From NCBI RefSeq assembly GCF_018977255.1, contig NW_024704742.1, positions 100,752,001 to 100,816,000 on the forward strand: a stretch of 64,000 bases of DNA. Direction: 5' to 3'. Every line of letters starts with the position of its first letter. Position 1 is the stretch's first letter. Below are positions 1-13,424 of this stretch, in pieces. Source of the DNA: Callorhinchus milii. Taxonomy: Eukaryota. The notes beneath the pieces are model-generated. The model worked only from the letters and a program-made list of their open reading frames with translations. It did no database searches and was not told the DNA's origin. The translations under genes and the position numbers were made by a program.

Positions 1-1070
1 CCCCATCAATTTAGTGTTGTCTGCAAATTTTGAAATTGTACTTTTGATTCCCAAGTCCAAATTGTTAAGGTATATTGTGAACAACAGTGGTCCAAATACC
101 GATCCTTGTGAACACCACTGCCCACCCCCTGCCATTCTGAGTAGCTACCCCTTCACCCCAACTGTTTTCTGTCTTGTAGCCAACTTGCTATCCATTCTGC
201 TACTTTTCCCCTGACTCCACATGCTCTGACCTTATTCATCAGTTTATTATGTGGTATCTTATTGAACACCTTTTGGAAATCCAAATATATTACATCTACT
301 GTTTAATTGCTTGTCTACTCTTCCTGTTACCTCTTCAAAGAATTCAATGAGGTTGGTCAAGCATGACCTTCCTTTTTGAAATCCATGCTGACTATTCTTT
401 ATTATATTTTTGATTTCTAAATGTTTTTCTATTACCTCTTTCAGTAAAGATTCCATTATCTTTCCTACCACCGATGTTAAGGTGATAGGTCTATCGTTCC
501 CTGGCCTTGTTCTATCTCCCTTTTTAAATATAGGTATAATATTAGCTATCCTCCAGTTCTCTGGCACTATTCCCTTTTCTAATGAACTATTATATACATG
601 TGCATATTATATATTACTATATATATGTATATATGATTGCCTCTGCTATCCCTTCCCTAGATTCTTTTAATAATCGAAGATGCAACCCACCTGGACAAGG
701 GGCTTTGTCCTCCCTGAGTTTGGTTAGTTCATCGATTATCTCCCCCCTTTTTATCTTAATTGTATTTATATCATTTTTAATCCTTTCTTCTACTGTCATG
801 TCCACCTGATCTGTCTCCCTGGTAAATACTGAGGCAAAGTAATTATTCAATATTTCTGCCATTTCGCTGTTGCTGCCTGTGAGCTTATCTTATCCATCCC
901 TTAGTGGTCCTTGTCCTATTTTGATTTTTCTTTTGTTTTTTTACGTCTGTAGAATATTTTACTATTTCTTTTTATTTTCCTCGATAATTTAATTTCATAG
1001 TTCCTCTTTGCCTTTCTAATTGTTTTTTTGACTTCTTTCCTAACCTCTTCGTATTCTTTTTTGTTACGCT
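1..1070 (-). mobile_element. CR1 LINE ORF2 fragment (RT region), decayed; left part of an element interrupted by a nested CR1
   Basis: Minus ORFs give PENWRIANIIPIFKKGD..RPITLTSVVGKIMES..QHGFQKGRSCLTNLIEFFEEVT and AEILNNYFASVFT, typical CR1 ORF2; frameshifted, with a TA-rich insert near 590-633. Confidence 0.93.
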
Positions 1071-2412
1071 CTTAATTAAAGATGTCGTTATGGGATTCCT
1101 GGAAGACCATAACAAGATTAGGCAGAGTCAACATGGCTTTACAAAAGGGAAGTCATGATTAACTAATCTTTTAGAGTTTTTTGAAGATGTATCTAGCAGG
1201 TTAGATAGGGGGGAACCAGTAGATGTAGTATATTTAGATTTTAAAAAGGCATTTGATAAAGTGCCACACAAAAGGCTATTGCACAAGGTTAAGGCCCACG
1301 GAATTAATGGGAACATATTAGCATGGATTGAAGAGTGGCTAACAGGCAGAAAACAGAGAGTAGTCATTCTCGAATTGGCAGGATGTGACTAGTGGAGTGC
1401 CACAAGGATCAGTGCTTGGGCCTCAGCTATTTACAATTTACATCAATGATATAAACGAGGACATTGAATGTAACGTATCTAAATTCGCGGATGACACCAC
1501 ACTAGGTGGGAGAGTAAGCTCTGAGGATGATGCAAAAAGATTGCAACGGGATATAGATAGGCTCGGGGAGTGGGCGAGTAGGTGGCAGATGGAATTTAAT
1601 GTGGGGAAGTGTGAAGTTATTCATCTAGGTAGAAAAAATAGAAAAACAGATTATTTTCTAGAGGGGGAGAGATTAGATAGTGTTAGTGTTCAGAGGGATT
1701 TGGGTGTCCTTGTACACCAGTCTCAAAAAGTTAGTTTGTAGAGGCAGCAAGCAACTAAGAAGACGAACGGCATGTTAACATTCATTGCAAAACGTTTAGA
1801 GTACAAGAGTAGGGAAAACTTGCTGCAACTGGATAGGGCTTTGGTGAGACCGCACCTGGAGTATTGTGTGCAGTTTTGTTCTCCTTATTTAAAAAAGGAC
1901 ATACTTGCCCTAGAGGGGGTGCAGCGTAGACTCACTCGGTTAGTTCCTGGGATGAGGGGACTGACCTATGAGGATAGGCTGAATAAACTAAGGCTGTATT
2001 CTCTAGAGTACAGAAGAATTAGGGGAGATCTTATTGAAACATATAAGATTCTTAAAGGGCTGCATAAAGTAGACACTGAGGGTCTGTTTCCCCTGGTAGG
2101 AGAATCTATAACCAGGGGTCACAGTCTTAAAATTAAGGGTCAACCTTTTAAAACAGAGTTGAGGAAACATTTCTTCACTCAGAGGACAGTGAATTTATGG
2201 AATTCACTATCCCAGAAGGCTGTAGATGCTCAGTTCTTGAACATTTTCAAGGCTGAGACTGATAGATTTTTAAAAAATAGAGGGATTAGGGGATATGGGG
2301 AGAGGGCAGGTAATTAGAGTTAGGTCTGAAGATCAGCCATGATCTTATCGAATGGCGGGGCAGGCTCGAGGGGCCGAATGGCCTACACCTGCTCCTAATT
2401 CTTATGTTCTTA
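1071..2412 (+). mobile_element. 5'-truncated CR1 LINE (RT core, C-terminus, 3' UTR) nested in an opposite-strand CR1
   Basis: [46 protein letters not shown]; ends in a TTCTTATG-type microsatellite tail at ~2399-2414. Confidence 0.95.
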
Positions 2413-3020
2413 TGCTCTCCCTTGTTGTTTATGAAATTAGTGAGTGCCTCTTTCCTCAGTCTCAACTTTGCCTTTATGTCTTTATTCATTCACGGTACCT
2501 CATCATTATTTAGCTTTATCTTATTTTTTAGCGGAATATACTTCCCCTGGATTCCATTGATCACCGTTTTAAATGTTTCCCACTACTGCTCTATCTTTGT
2601 TTGCCAATATTGTTTTCCAGTTTATTTTCCCAAGTTCCATTCTCATCCCTTCAAAATTATATTTTTTCCAAGCTATTACCCTGGTCTTTGTCATACTCAT
2701 GTCCTTCTCAATCTTTATCTTAAACCTTATTAAGTTATGATCGCTATTGCCTAGATGGTCCCCTACTCTTACTTCTCTTATCTGCTCTGATTCATTTCCC
2801 ATAAATTCAGCAGTGATTCCTCCTTTGTTGGGTCTCTTACATACTGGGTAAGAAAGGAGTCCTGTACACATTGTTATCCCCTTTATCTACCCCTTCTAGC
2901 CAATTTATTTGGGAGTAGTTGAAATCCCCTATGATTATTACTTTGTGTCTTTTACTCATTTCCTTAATTTGCTTGCACATTTCTTCCTCTACCTCCCTTC
3001 CACTATTAGGTGGTCCTTAG
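2413..3020 (-). mobile_element. CR1 LINE ORF2 fragment (APE endonuclease end/linker), continuation of 1-1070
   Basis: VRVGDHLGNSDHNLIRFKIK motif in ORF 2569..2871; same strand as and colinear with 1-1070. Confidence 0.88.
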
Positions 3021-3434
3021 AGTACCCCTACTGAGTAACCCACACTCAGTGCCAATCTTGGCCTTTATCTTTGTAAACTTTTCCAGGGATAGTCTCTCAT
3101 GGAGCAGTCAACTTCACTCTCAACTCCATTAACTACATACAGCCATTGGTCGTTTCAATTTCTCCGTCAGTAGCAGAACCCTCAGTCACTATACCTCCCA
3201 ACCCCCAAACTCTTGAACCTGCTCTCAAAATCTCTTTGCATTCACCCTCTTTTCCTGCCTTCAAAACTCTCTTCAAAATCTGTCTCTTCGACTGTGCCAT
3301 TGATCAACACCCTCAAATGTTACTCCCCTTCACTGCTTCCTTGATGACTCCTCAATCATTTCTGTGGAGAATTTTGTGCCATCTTCCCACATGAAACACA
3401 TTATCAAGTTCAAGTTATTATTGCCTAAAGACAG

Positions 3435-3790
3435 TCTTGATGGTTTAATGGATAGAGCAGTTTGCAGCCTGGGAACTTTGAATCCAGGTCCATACTGAGC
3501 TTGCAAGTCTCAGCCAAGACTGCCTAAGGAGGCGAAATTAGCCCCAGTATTCCCAGGGTTTGTGAGCGGAAAACCAGTTAGAATTCCTGTATTCCTGCTC
3601 CAACTGCTCTACAACACCCTCCACTCTTGTGTACACGTGGCAACTCATTGTGGAGAGATCAGGCTTGGCTGTGACACCCTCTACAGTCAAGTATGCTGCT
3701 GACACACTCTGTCAAGGCCTGCACATAAACAATGGCCACTTGGTTGCTCTCCTATACCACACCCAACCTTCAAGAAACGAGCAAGAGAAG
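3435..3790 (+). mobile_element. Old SINE-like repeat; related pieces at ~7635-7750/8060-8160 (+) and ~43280-43440 (-)
   Basis: Shared degenerate segments between copies (cacataaacaatggccacttgg vs cacacatgaagactggccagtgg); degenerate tRNA-like head. Confidence 0.45.
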
Positions 3791-4515
3791 ACCGAGGACC
3801 AGGGGCATACGCCAATGGAAAGATCATTAGAAAATAATTTGACATACTAAAAAAAATTGAGGAATAAAGAAAAGTTGATCATTATTGAGTTTATATATCG
3901 ACAATGGCTGCTTAAGCCAGATGCTGAAGAGTTTTGCACATAACAACAATACAGTTCTTGCATCTGATATGGCACCTTATGACATCAAAGCGCTTCACAG
4001 GATATAGTCTAAGATTGTATGCATTTTGTGGGTGAACACTCACAAATCCATACCGGGACAGAGCACCTATGTCAGGAGAAAGCGAGGCTGGGGTGGTGTG
4101 GGGGGCAGTTTTCAGTCGAGACAAAAGGCAAGTCTCGCAACTCTACACTCATCTTGTCTTTTAAAGTAAATAAGTGAGGGACCGAACTCAAGTTTTCTCC
4201 TCTCTCTACCCTCCATATTTATTTTCTTCTTTTACTTTTTTTAAAAAAAAGTACACCATGTAGCATATAGGGTCTGTCTCGTCAAACTTACACTCAATAG
4301 ATCTATTGGAGGATGTGGAAGCGCATTAAAATTTTCTGGTAAAGAAAAATCTGCGACGATGTCCTTAGGCAATGGTATTCTATTTACTTCTTATAAGCAG
4401 GATAACACAGGAAAGATACATCTACTGGTGAAAACACATTTACACACAGGGAATCACTGAACATTTAAGTGTAGCAACAAAGAAAAAGTCTATTCATACT
4501 ATTTTCATACTGTAT

Positions 4516-4546
4516 ACACACACACACACACACACACAAACACACA
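4516..4546. repeat. (CA)n microsatellite
   Basis: Direct reading. Confidence 0.95.
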
Positions 4547-4547
4547 A

Positions 4548-4960
4548 TTTTTGGGGGTCAGCCAGGTGACTGACACATGTGGAAACCTGTCACCATGCTT
4601 AAGAGTATCCAAACCAAACTAGATTTCCATGCATCCTATCTTTACATGGAAACCTTAGGCAAGTTTCCCTAATCCACAAGCATCTGTTTACCAGTGGTTA
4701 ATGGGCATCCGGTTGTTGGTCGATTGATGGATTGCTTTCCAGGGGTAATATACAAAATATACAGTCAGTACACTTTATAATATATTCTGTGACGCGCTTT
4801 GAGGCATCTTGAAGACACAATAAGGCATTATATCAAATTGAAGTACTATTTTTATAATTCTCAGAGATAATAGCTTGGAATGGACACTGTCTCCCTAGAG
4901 AGACGTATCCTGTTTACCTAATTCCGGAAAGTATTAGGCTCAGGTTGGTAAGAGCCAACT
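4548..4960 (-). repeat. Partial copy of the unclassified ~600-bp repeat, interrupted by other sequence at ~4640-4860
   Basis: Reverse complement matches ~9540-9735 (catgcttaagagtatccaaacc; tacctaattccggaaagtattaggctcaggttgg). Confidence 0.7.
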
Positions 4961-7750
4961 TGCACAAGTATATATTATAAATACACACACATTTGTTTTA
5001 AAGCAGAGAAATAAGCTTCAATTTTTAAGACCAACTTTAAGAATTTTCCAAAATCTGATTTCTTAACATTTTAAGTTTAATGGTCTTCAAGAAAATATTA
5101 TGAGGCATTTGGGATCTCAGATTATTATAGATAATACTTTCTCTCTTTCCTTCCTTTCCTCCATTAAAGTTAGTATTTGAATCAAGCAATGATTGGACAG
5201 GCCAACAGCTGAATCAATATGGATCGCAGTTCGTGAGAAACTGATTCTCCCTGTGTGAAATACTTTAGTCAACATAGAGATGAATGAAAGCAGCTCAACT
5301 TATAATAAATCATTGACTGAATTATCCTATGTGATCCTAATGCAGAGCTCGAACAGTTTCCTGCCTTCTGTTCTCTTAAACGAGCCTAAAAAAGATATGT
5401 ATGGATGTGTTACAATTTTGCTCAACAATAAATGCTGCCCTTCTCTGAGTAAATTAAAGTTGAACCTGTTCCCCCAAAAATGAATGCCTGGGAAGGCTGT
5501 GCCAGTGCAATGTAAATTTTAAGCAAGGTTATTCAAGAGTCCTACTGTAACTACAATAAACAATAGCTAGCTGACGTGCAGAAATAGTCTGAGATATTAG
5601 GAGGGAATTTTCAAAACATGTTTCTGTGCAATTCAAACACTGGTCCCATTTTTTCTACAGTGGTTTCCATAGCACTCCCAAACCCCAGCTACAGCTCATT
5701 TGCAATTTTGTAAATGATGCGCACAAGACAAAAATAGACCCATAGTTCAATAAGCTTTAACTTGTTCATTTTGGCAATTAATAGGTGCTCAGTAAATAGA
5801 CCACACCGATTGAAATATAAAATTCATAGTTGTTGTTTAAACTTCACTGGCTGTAAAAATATTGAATGTATGGTGTACTGACGATATCAATAGTGCATGT
5901 TAAGCTTATAAAACAAAGGAGGTCCTATCCAAGCCAAAGGGTTACACCTCAAGTCAACTCAATTTCTACCGTAATTCAAAACATTAAAAAAAAATCAATG
6001 TGACTTGTGTGAGCACAGTATCCCTGGAGAATCACCGCCACATTTTTTGCTACTGCTTTTAATTAGTGGCTAAAGACAGACATGCCAGTGCATTGTTGGG
6101 GGAGGCGGTGGGTGGAGCAGTATCACCAAACCAGGAAATCAAGAAATGGATTATTTTAAATAATGCACGTAAGATTTTTCACCTCATCAAGAAAGATTTG
6201 ATGTTGTAACCAATTTCTCTACAATTCTGGCAAGAATATAGTTTTTGAATAGTTTCAGTTAATTTACAGAGTTTAAATAAATCTTTTAGAGCTTCAATAA
6301 ATAATTTCCAAAGCAATGAATTACTCTGGACAACCGAAATCAAACATCTGGTGCTGAATTATTATTTCAACATAGCTAAATATAAACANTTTTTCCTGGA
6401 ACTATACTATTATTGTCAGTTTCCCTCAATATATAGCCCAGAACGTTGAACAGATTTCGATGTTAATGTGCAGACAGACAAATCCTTCTGTGTGCTTATG
6501 CAACCCAGGCACATGTGCACTCAACAAAAGTATATTTACTACAGAGTATGTTTCTTTTTGCTTAAGCAAGGCAAGCAAGAAAAAACAGTGCGTGATACAT
6601 TTACGACCATAGTCATCGAGACTTTAGAAAAGGCATTCATATACTATTGTGATATCAACTTGGCTCAGCGAGTAGATCCCATGTACTATTCATGAGAAAG
6701 CTGTTTTTTCCCCAATGTCTAACCAACAATCTTTGAAATAAAATTGGTCATTCACCTGAGAGCTTTTTGTGGGACCTCGCTGTGTGCAAAATGGTGACCT
6801 ACAAAAATTTGCCTACAAAAATAGTCACTCTACCTCACAGCGATTAGTACAATTGATTTTTAGATTTTTTGATTGAAAACATGATATAAAAATGCAAGAC
6901 CTTTCTTTCTATTGAACCAAGATTAAAACAGACTCATTACTATATTGCTCCTTGTGGGAACTCTTCTTACACTGGGGCGTAAAGGGGTGGGGGAATCAAA
7001 TATATCTTGCTAGCCTAGTATTAAAAAGGTGGGATAATCTGCCATTGTGATTTTATAAATGATAGTATAAGTATCGTATTAAAAGTATTGCAGCTTCACA
7101 GTTTAGCAATTTCACTTTTGCACGGACAGTAAACTCTCCATCTGGATTTTCCAACTACCTGATCTGAACTGCTAGCTTCAGTTTATCCGTAACCAGATGG
7201 CTGCTTGCTGAGCTTTGCAGCCGACTCCTCTGCCATTACTTGATTTGATGCCCCCACCCTTTTTTGCTTAAAAAACAAGGAGCTCTTTGAAGGTGTTGGT
7301 ACACCTACAAATTATGTACCCTAAGGTGTCTAGCCACTATATTGGATCAGTGATGGATGGGTAATTGGCAAATAAGTCTGTTCATTAAACTAAGTGGGCA
7401 CTCAAATAAGCATCCCACCCCCCCCCCCACCCTGTCAAGTTAAACCCAATTCCCACCGCAATGCTTCTTTCGCCAGACAGTTTTGCCAGCATTTAAGTTT
7501 TCATTACATCCATACCAGCTCTGTGGTGTCATTGGCATCTATCCTCTCCAATTAAGTAAAGTTCAGCTTCCACAGAGCTCAAATACATTACACAAGAAAA
7601 ATTCTAACTATGTCCCATTACACTCACCCACTACAATGGGCTTTCTAATGGTAAAATCAGTGCCGAGTATAAAACTGCACCAAAGAACCAAGGTCCTAGA
7701 TTCAATGCCCAGATCTGTGTTGGGTTAACTAATTTAGGCAGGGACAGTAT

Positions 7751-8056
7751 TTGGAGTCCTGTAGTTTAGGGGTTAGAGCACTCGCCTCGCAAGCGAGAAG
7801 ACCTGGGTTTGATTCCCAGCAGGGCAAACGGCTGGGAAAGTTCCCTTTCGCCACACTCCTTTGTTTACCTTGCAGTAAGTAGGAATCTGGTTGTCAGTCG
7901 ATTGGCTGTATTTGGGACACTGCTGTGCACAATTGGCTGCCGTGTTTTGCTCACAAAATATACATTCAATTCACTTTACAATATATTCTGTCAAGTGCTT
8001 TGAGACGTCTCAAAGATATTATAAGGTGCTATATCAAATGCAAGGATCATTATTAC
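7751..8056 (+). mobile_element. tRNA-derived SINE with Deu-like core and L2-type tail
   Basis: Head ggagtcctgtag..ggttagagcactcgcctcgcaagcgag..gggtttgattccc; core tgggacactgctgtgcacaattggctgcc; tail gctatatcaaatgcaagg. Confidence 0.88.
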
Positions 8057-9124
8057 CATTGTTTTCAATGCCCTTGGTTTGAATGATCCCTGATGTGTGT
8101 GTGCCTGGCTCACACATGAAGACTGGCCAGTGGGTGAGACTGCTGACTACAGAAAGGAACAGACTTCCGATTACTGTTCACATGTATGAACTATTATTCT
8201 GCAGCTCAATAAAAAATTTTAGTTGAACCATTTTAGATGTAATGTCAGAAGTCTAATGACACTCTATTCAAAAGCCAAAAATCACCGAGGGCAGATCTAG
8301 TCTGAATATAAAGCTCAGGTATTCTGCGAAGTGAAATAAGAGCAAATGAAGTGCAACTGTCTTCAAAGGAAGGAAAATCACAAGAGACCGTAAGGTTCAA
8401 AGGGTCTCAAATGAGCTTGTGCAAAGCTAGCTTCAAAGCCCAGGTAGACATTACTAGCCTCAAAATTTAATTTTCCAGCAACCTTTCATGTTCACGAATA
8501 CCACTGGATGCTCACCAACTGAATTCGCTGCCAGCACAAGGTGATAGCCAGCACATGCATCTAAAGAATTGGCTGAAGCAAGTAACAGCTGTACATACAT
8601 CAGCAAAGCCACTAGATTGCACCCAAAGTCTTGTATTTAGTGTCCACGCTTTGAACCACAAACCATTTATCATAAGCTTTTTGAGTAAATATTTTCCTGG
8701 AGATGCTGTATGTCATCCATTACCATGGGCTGGACAGCTGGATATGGTTATACAGAAGAGCAATATAACAACATAGGCATGACTGACATATTAGTATTCA
8801 TTGTATTTGATTATCGCATCATTGAATTGCCTCAAACCACTTCATAGAATTTTATTGAAACATGTAGTGACTGTATTTGTAGGTGAATGCAGAAGCCAGT
8901 TTGCACTCAGCAACGTCCCACCATGAAGTGAATGGCCTATTTTATCGGTGGATGCTGGCCAGGACATTGAGAGAAACTCCCACCTCTTTTCGTATAGTTC
9001 TATGGAATCTTTAACATGTGACTGAATAGTCAGACAGGACCTCAGTTTAACATCTCATCCAGCACCTCTGACATTGCATTCTCCAAGCAATGTGTTAAAC
9101 GAGTGTTAATCTAGTGAATCTGGG

Positions 9125-9735
9125 GTGGGGGGGGGGCGGGGAGAGTAGGTAAGCAGGGTCTCCTTGTAGCTGAACTGGCTCCAAGGTGACATGCCTGGCA
9201 ATGGAATCTCAGAATCGAGCCAGCCCTCTGTGGAGGTCTCGGTAGTCTGGATCCTGAGCCAGGCGGGTCCGCAGTATTCCAGGGCACTGCCGATGACAGC
9301 ACAGCCAGTCTGGCTCATCGACAGGACTTGGAAGGGCAGACCAGTCACTGGTGGCAGGGAGTCATCCCACTCAGCTCATGTTTAACCCTGAAAGCCAAAG
9401 CCTCAATGGTTAGGGTAGTCCTAGCTGGACAAGCAGCGGGAAAACTTGCCGTACAGCAATATCAATAGTAAGCTACGCGGTTTTAGCTGGTTAGACTCCA
9501 GCAGTACCCCAACTCACACTCTGGGGTCCTCAAGCCTTGGCTCTTGCCAACCAGCGCCAAATATTTTCTGGAATTAGGTAAGCAGGATGCATCTCTCCAG
9601 GGAGAGAGTGTGCATTCCATTCCAACAATCTCTCTCTGGCATTTCCATGTGTGGGTGGGATGCTTGGAAATCTCATGTTGGTTTGGATACTCTTAAGCAT
9701 GATGTGTCAGATACCCAGCTGACTAAAAAAAAATC
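9125..9735 (+). repeat. Unclassified ~600-bp interspersed repeat (most complete copy; A-rich 3' end)
   Basis: Colinear reverse-complement similarity to 13425-14045 along its length; partial copies at 4548-4960 and 36632-36912. Confidence 0.75.
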
Positions 9736-10114
9736 TATACGAACTCACAGCCCCGATGTGGAGCTTGAATCCACAACCTGATGACTCAGAGACAGGAGTG
9801 CTCCCAAATGAACCCTGCTGACAACCTCACAACTGGAAACCTTCCGCATCTTGGTCTGATACAACCATAATCTGCAAACAAGCAGTCCAAAATGCCGAAT
9901 AATTTGTCTTTCCATGCCAGAGGATTATATCCCCAGCATTGTATAACCCAACTCCATGTTCATTTTTAATTTCTGCTGAGCATTGAATGACATTCTCACA
10001 TTATACCAGAAACACAGTTTTGTATAAATGTTGCAGTTGTGCAATGCTGAATTGTGCTTTGCACTTCCTGATATAACTACCATTGCAGCCAGATTCTTGA
10101 TCGCAAACCATGTT

Positions 10115-10240
10115 TAGAATCATACAGCACAGAAGGAGGCCATTTGGCCCATCGTGTCTGTGCTGGCTCTTTGGACAGAGCTATCCAAATCAATCCCATT
10201 CCCTCGCTCTCTCCCCAGAGCCCTGCATATTTTCTATAGT
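10115..10240 (-). mobile_element. CR1 3' UTR fragment
   Basis: tagaatcatacagcacagaaggaggccatttggcccatc matches the CR1 3' end at 39065. Confidence 0.75.
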
Positions 10241-11966
10241 TTGCTGTAATTAAAGATCAAAGCGAGGGGCGTTTTACAGTATCCCAAAGAATGTTCTATA
10301 AAGTTTAGCATTGATCATCTAATTCAATTAGTTACAGCTGTCTTCCATACCGCTCACTGCCTCCACGCTTTCAATGATTTAATTACCGGCTATAATGAGC
10401 GAATACTCTGCAGGAATTAATTCATGCTGAAAATGCTCCACAGGTCATCTCAGTCTGTCCTCCACTCAGCTGGCAGCAGCCAACTTAAGATTAATACATT
10501 ATAAAACCGGAAAACTGGGCATTAAGGTGTCTGAAAACATTAAAGCTGTTTTAAATTGATACTGTAACATTCAAAATATTAGACACCGGCCTAACGAATG
10601 TGCATTTGTAGAATACATAATGCACTCCTAAATGAAGAATAAAGCACTATGGGTTGAACTGCAACATTGCAGATTTTTATTTCTTGTGAATTTTCCACGA
10701 GTATTAAAATGAAATAACAATAAACTAAAAGATTGGAAACTACCTTTGGGGCAGTCTTGGCAGGATCAGGGAAGATTACACTATTTTCAACTAAACGGTG
10801 TGCAATTATCCCCTTCACCCCTCCAAAACACCCCCCAGTAAAAACATAAAAACAGAAAGTCTTTTGTGATAATCAAAGTCTGTGTCCTTCTCAGAAACAA
10901 AAAACTATGTTGCTCTCTGATTTCACAATAAACAGTCTGTATTTACAGTTAAATGTTAAAATATTACCTACAGAAGGTCATATGGTGTAAAATTGAGTGA
11001 ATCACAAGTGAATTCCGGTCAAACTATTTCCGGGCTCGGCACTATTCAATGTTAGCTCAAGGCAATAATAAAACAGACACCAACGTCAGACGTCTTATGA
11101 CGACATCATAATAGTCCAAGTTATATTTTCCCACACACTGATTTCCACCTGCCACAAAGAGGGCATTTGAAGCACAGACTCCCTAGAAATCCGTTCATGC
11201 AAAGCCATTTGATTCTAGAGTGGACAGTTCAAAATGCTTTGAATGTTTTAAGCAAGTCTCGTATGTGTAGAAGACTCAGCATTATTGTTCTACTAAAACC
11301 ATCTCCATTCATGAATCACTACAAAACTAGTCTCGCTTTGTCTGAGTCGATACTACAAAATTTGTTAATTTCTCATGGTTAGTCGATAGTCTCGTTCCTT
11401 CAGTTTTGTAGTGCAAGGCCACAATGTAAACACACTGGGCTCAACAGCAACATCCACAAAAGATACTTATAGTATTCCTTATAGTAATCATTGTATTTGA
11501 TATAGCATCTTATAGTCACTGAAACTTCACAAAGTGCACTTTTAAAGTTCACATGAATAGGCAGACTTCAGTTTAACATCCTATCCAAAGGTCAGACAAG
11601 ACTCCCCAATGGACAGTGAACTCAATGTCCCAATTTGGGGCTTGAACCCACAAACTTAACTCAGAAACAAAAATATTATCAACTAAGCCAGGCGGATACC
11701 AATAAAACACATAATAGAAACATTAAATCTCAACCAATGCACGAGAACGTGATCCATAGTGGCTGATTTAAAGGCATGTTGGTCAGGTAGAGTGAACCTA
11801 GTCTGTACCGTACAACTATACCATATTAACAAAACAGAAAGCAGAGGATCAGAAGAACACAAGATATTTTGGTAACTGCTGGAAAACATTAGCGGACAAA
11901 AACAAAGTAAATTTATTTAAAAAAAACAACTGAGTTTGTTGCGATTCAAATAAGATTGAATGAAAT

Positions 11967-12118
11967 AAAATGCAAAATACTGCAGTTGCTGGAAATCTGA
12001 AAACAAAAACAGAAGTCCCTGGGAACACTCAGCAGGTCAGACAGCATCTATGGAGAAAGGAAAGTGAGTCACTTTTCAGGTCCACAACCCACAATGTTGA
12101 CTCACTTTCCTTTCTCGC
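11967..12118. mobile_element. Miniature Penelope-derived insertion (terminal-repeat sequence folded back on itself) with 15-bp target duplication
   Basis: Matches the start of the 23097 element; internal inverted repeat gagaaaggaaagtgagtca / tgactcactttcctttctc; aagattgaatgaaat at 11952-11966 and 12119-12133. Confidence 0.85.
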
Positions 12119-13424
12119 AAGATTGAATGAAATGCAAGAGAGGTCCTTGGAGTTTAGTTTGCTTGCAGAAATCTAGCCAATCCCATAAGTTGATAACTAC
12201 ATACATTGAATTCATTACTGATTAATAAGGTTTCTTTGATAACTTTATCTCTTTTTCCCTTCCTGGGAATGTTCAAAACCATACGCCTACATTGGTTGAT
12301 AGGTCAGGATAGAGGACATTTCCCAGGAATTCACCAAAGTCATTGTACAACAGATATGCAGAGATTAACTGTCCCCAATTTCCTCCCAACCTCTCTGGCT
12401 AAATGTATGGGATCTACTCAGCATCTTCCAATACAGAATGAGGGATATCGGAAACACAATGCAGCAGCGATAAGGATATCAGATACAACAACGTGTATTT
12501 ATATAGCGCCCTTCATACAGAAAATGTATATAGCACCCTTCACGCAAGATAGCGTCAGTGTTCAGAGATACAAACCCATCTTCTACCACTCTGATATACT
12601 GTGCCAAGCATAACCTATTTAGCAAATACTACTGAGTTCCAATTAAAATACTTTTGCTCCATATCAATAATCCAAACTGTAATAGAGGAAGAAGCTCGGT
12701 CAGCAACAGACTAAAATATATTAGGTTACAGACAGAACTTGCAATTGCTTTTACAGTATATTTTGTAAATCTTAGTGAAGAGCTATTTTTGCCAACATTT
12801 GAATCACAAACATTGTACATAAACTAAGTAGACGTACAACTCATTGGTTCTTCCTTCTAAACATTGCATTACAGTTGATCAGTCCCACTAAATTCTTGCC
12901 CTCGGCCACATCTGTCAGTTCCTTGGATCAAACTGTGAAATTAAAAGGAAGTAAGCCAATTTATAGTTGGCTTTAGTTATTTCAAGATATAATGCTGACT
13001 TCACTAAGGTCCAGAAGCCAGAGGAGTTGGAATCTCTCTTGGGTTCGGAGACCTCGAGCAGAATGAACACATATGCAGCTCAGTACTATGTGGACCTGTG
13101 GACAATCAAGGTTTCACGGGGGCACAAAGAAAGGGAGACAAACTACGGATTACTTGCCAGTCCATGATTCTCATGTAACCATTTAAAATTAATTTGAAAT
13201 AAATTTTCACAAGTGGACTTTGTTATCTGGAATTATCTTGGCTTGTATCATTATTATACGATCAGAAGTGTACTCTGATGTGATCTGACCAATGATACAC
13301 AGTAACATAACCCTTTTTAAATTTACAACACAGTACTTTTAAAACAAAGCCAAGCACTGTTACATAGATAATCAAAATATCTCCTAGAAATCTCCCCAAA
13401 TCAGGGAATTAACTGCTCCACTTA

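Noticed and set aside
4044..4157. Minus-strand 114-nt exon-like segment with GTGAGT donor
   Set aside because: Stops in all frames from the best acceptor, and the donor overlaps the end of a SINE-tail remnant
8517..8561. 45-nt minus-strand AG..GT segment (MHVLAITLCWQRIQL in phase 0) as exon 2
   Set aside because: Short, unrecognisable peptide; such segments occur by chance in 37 kb
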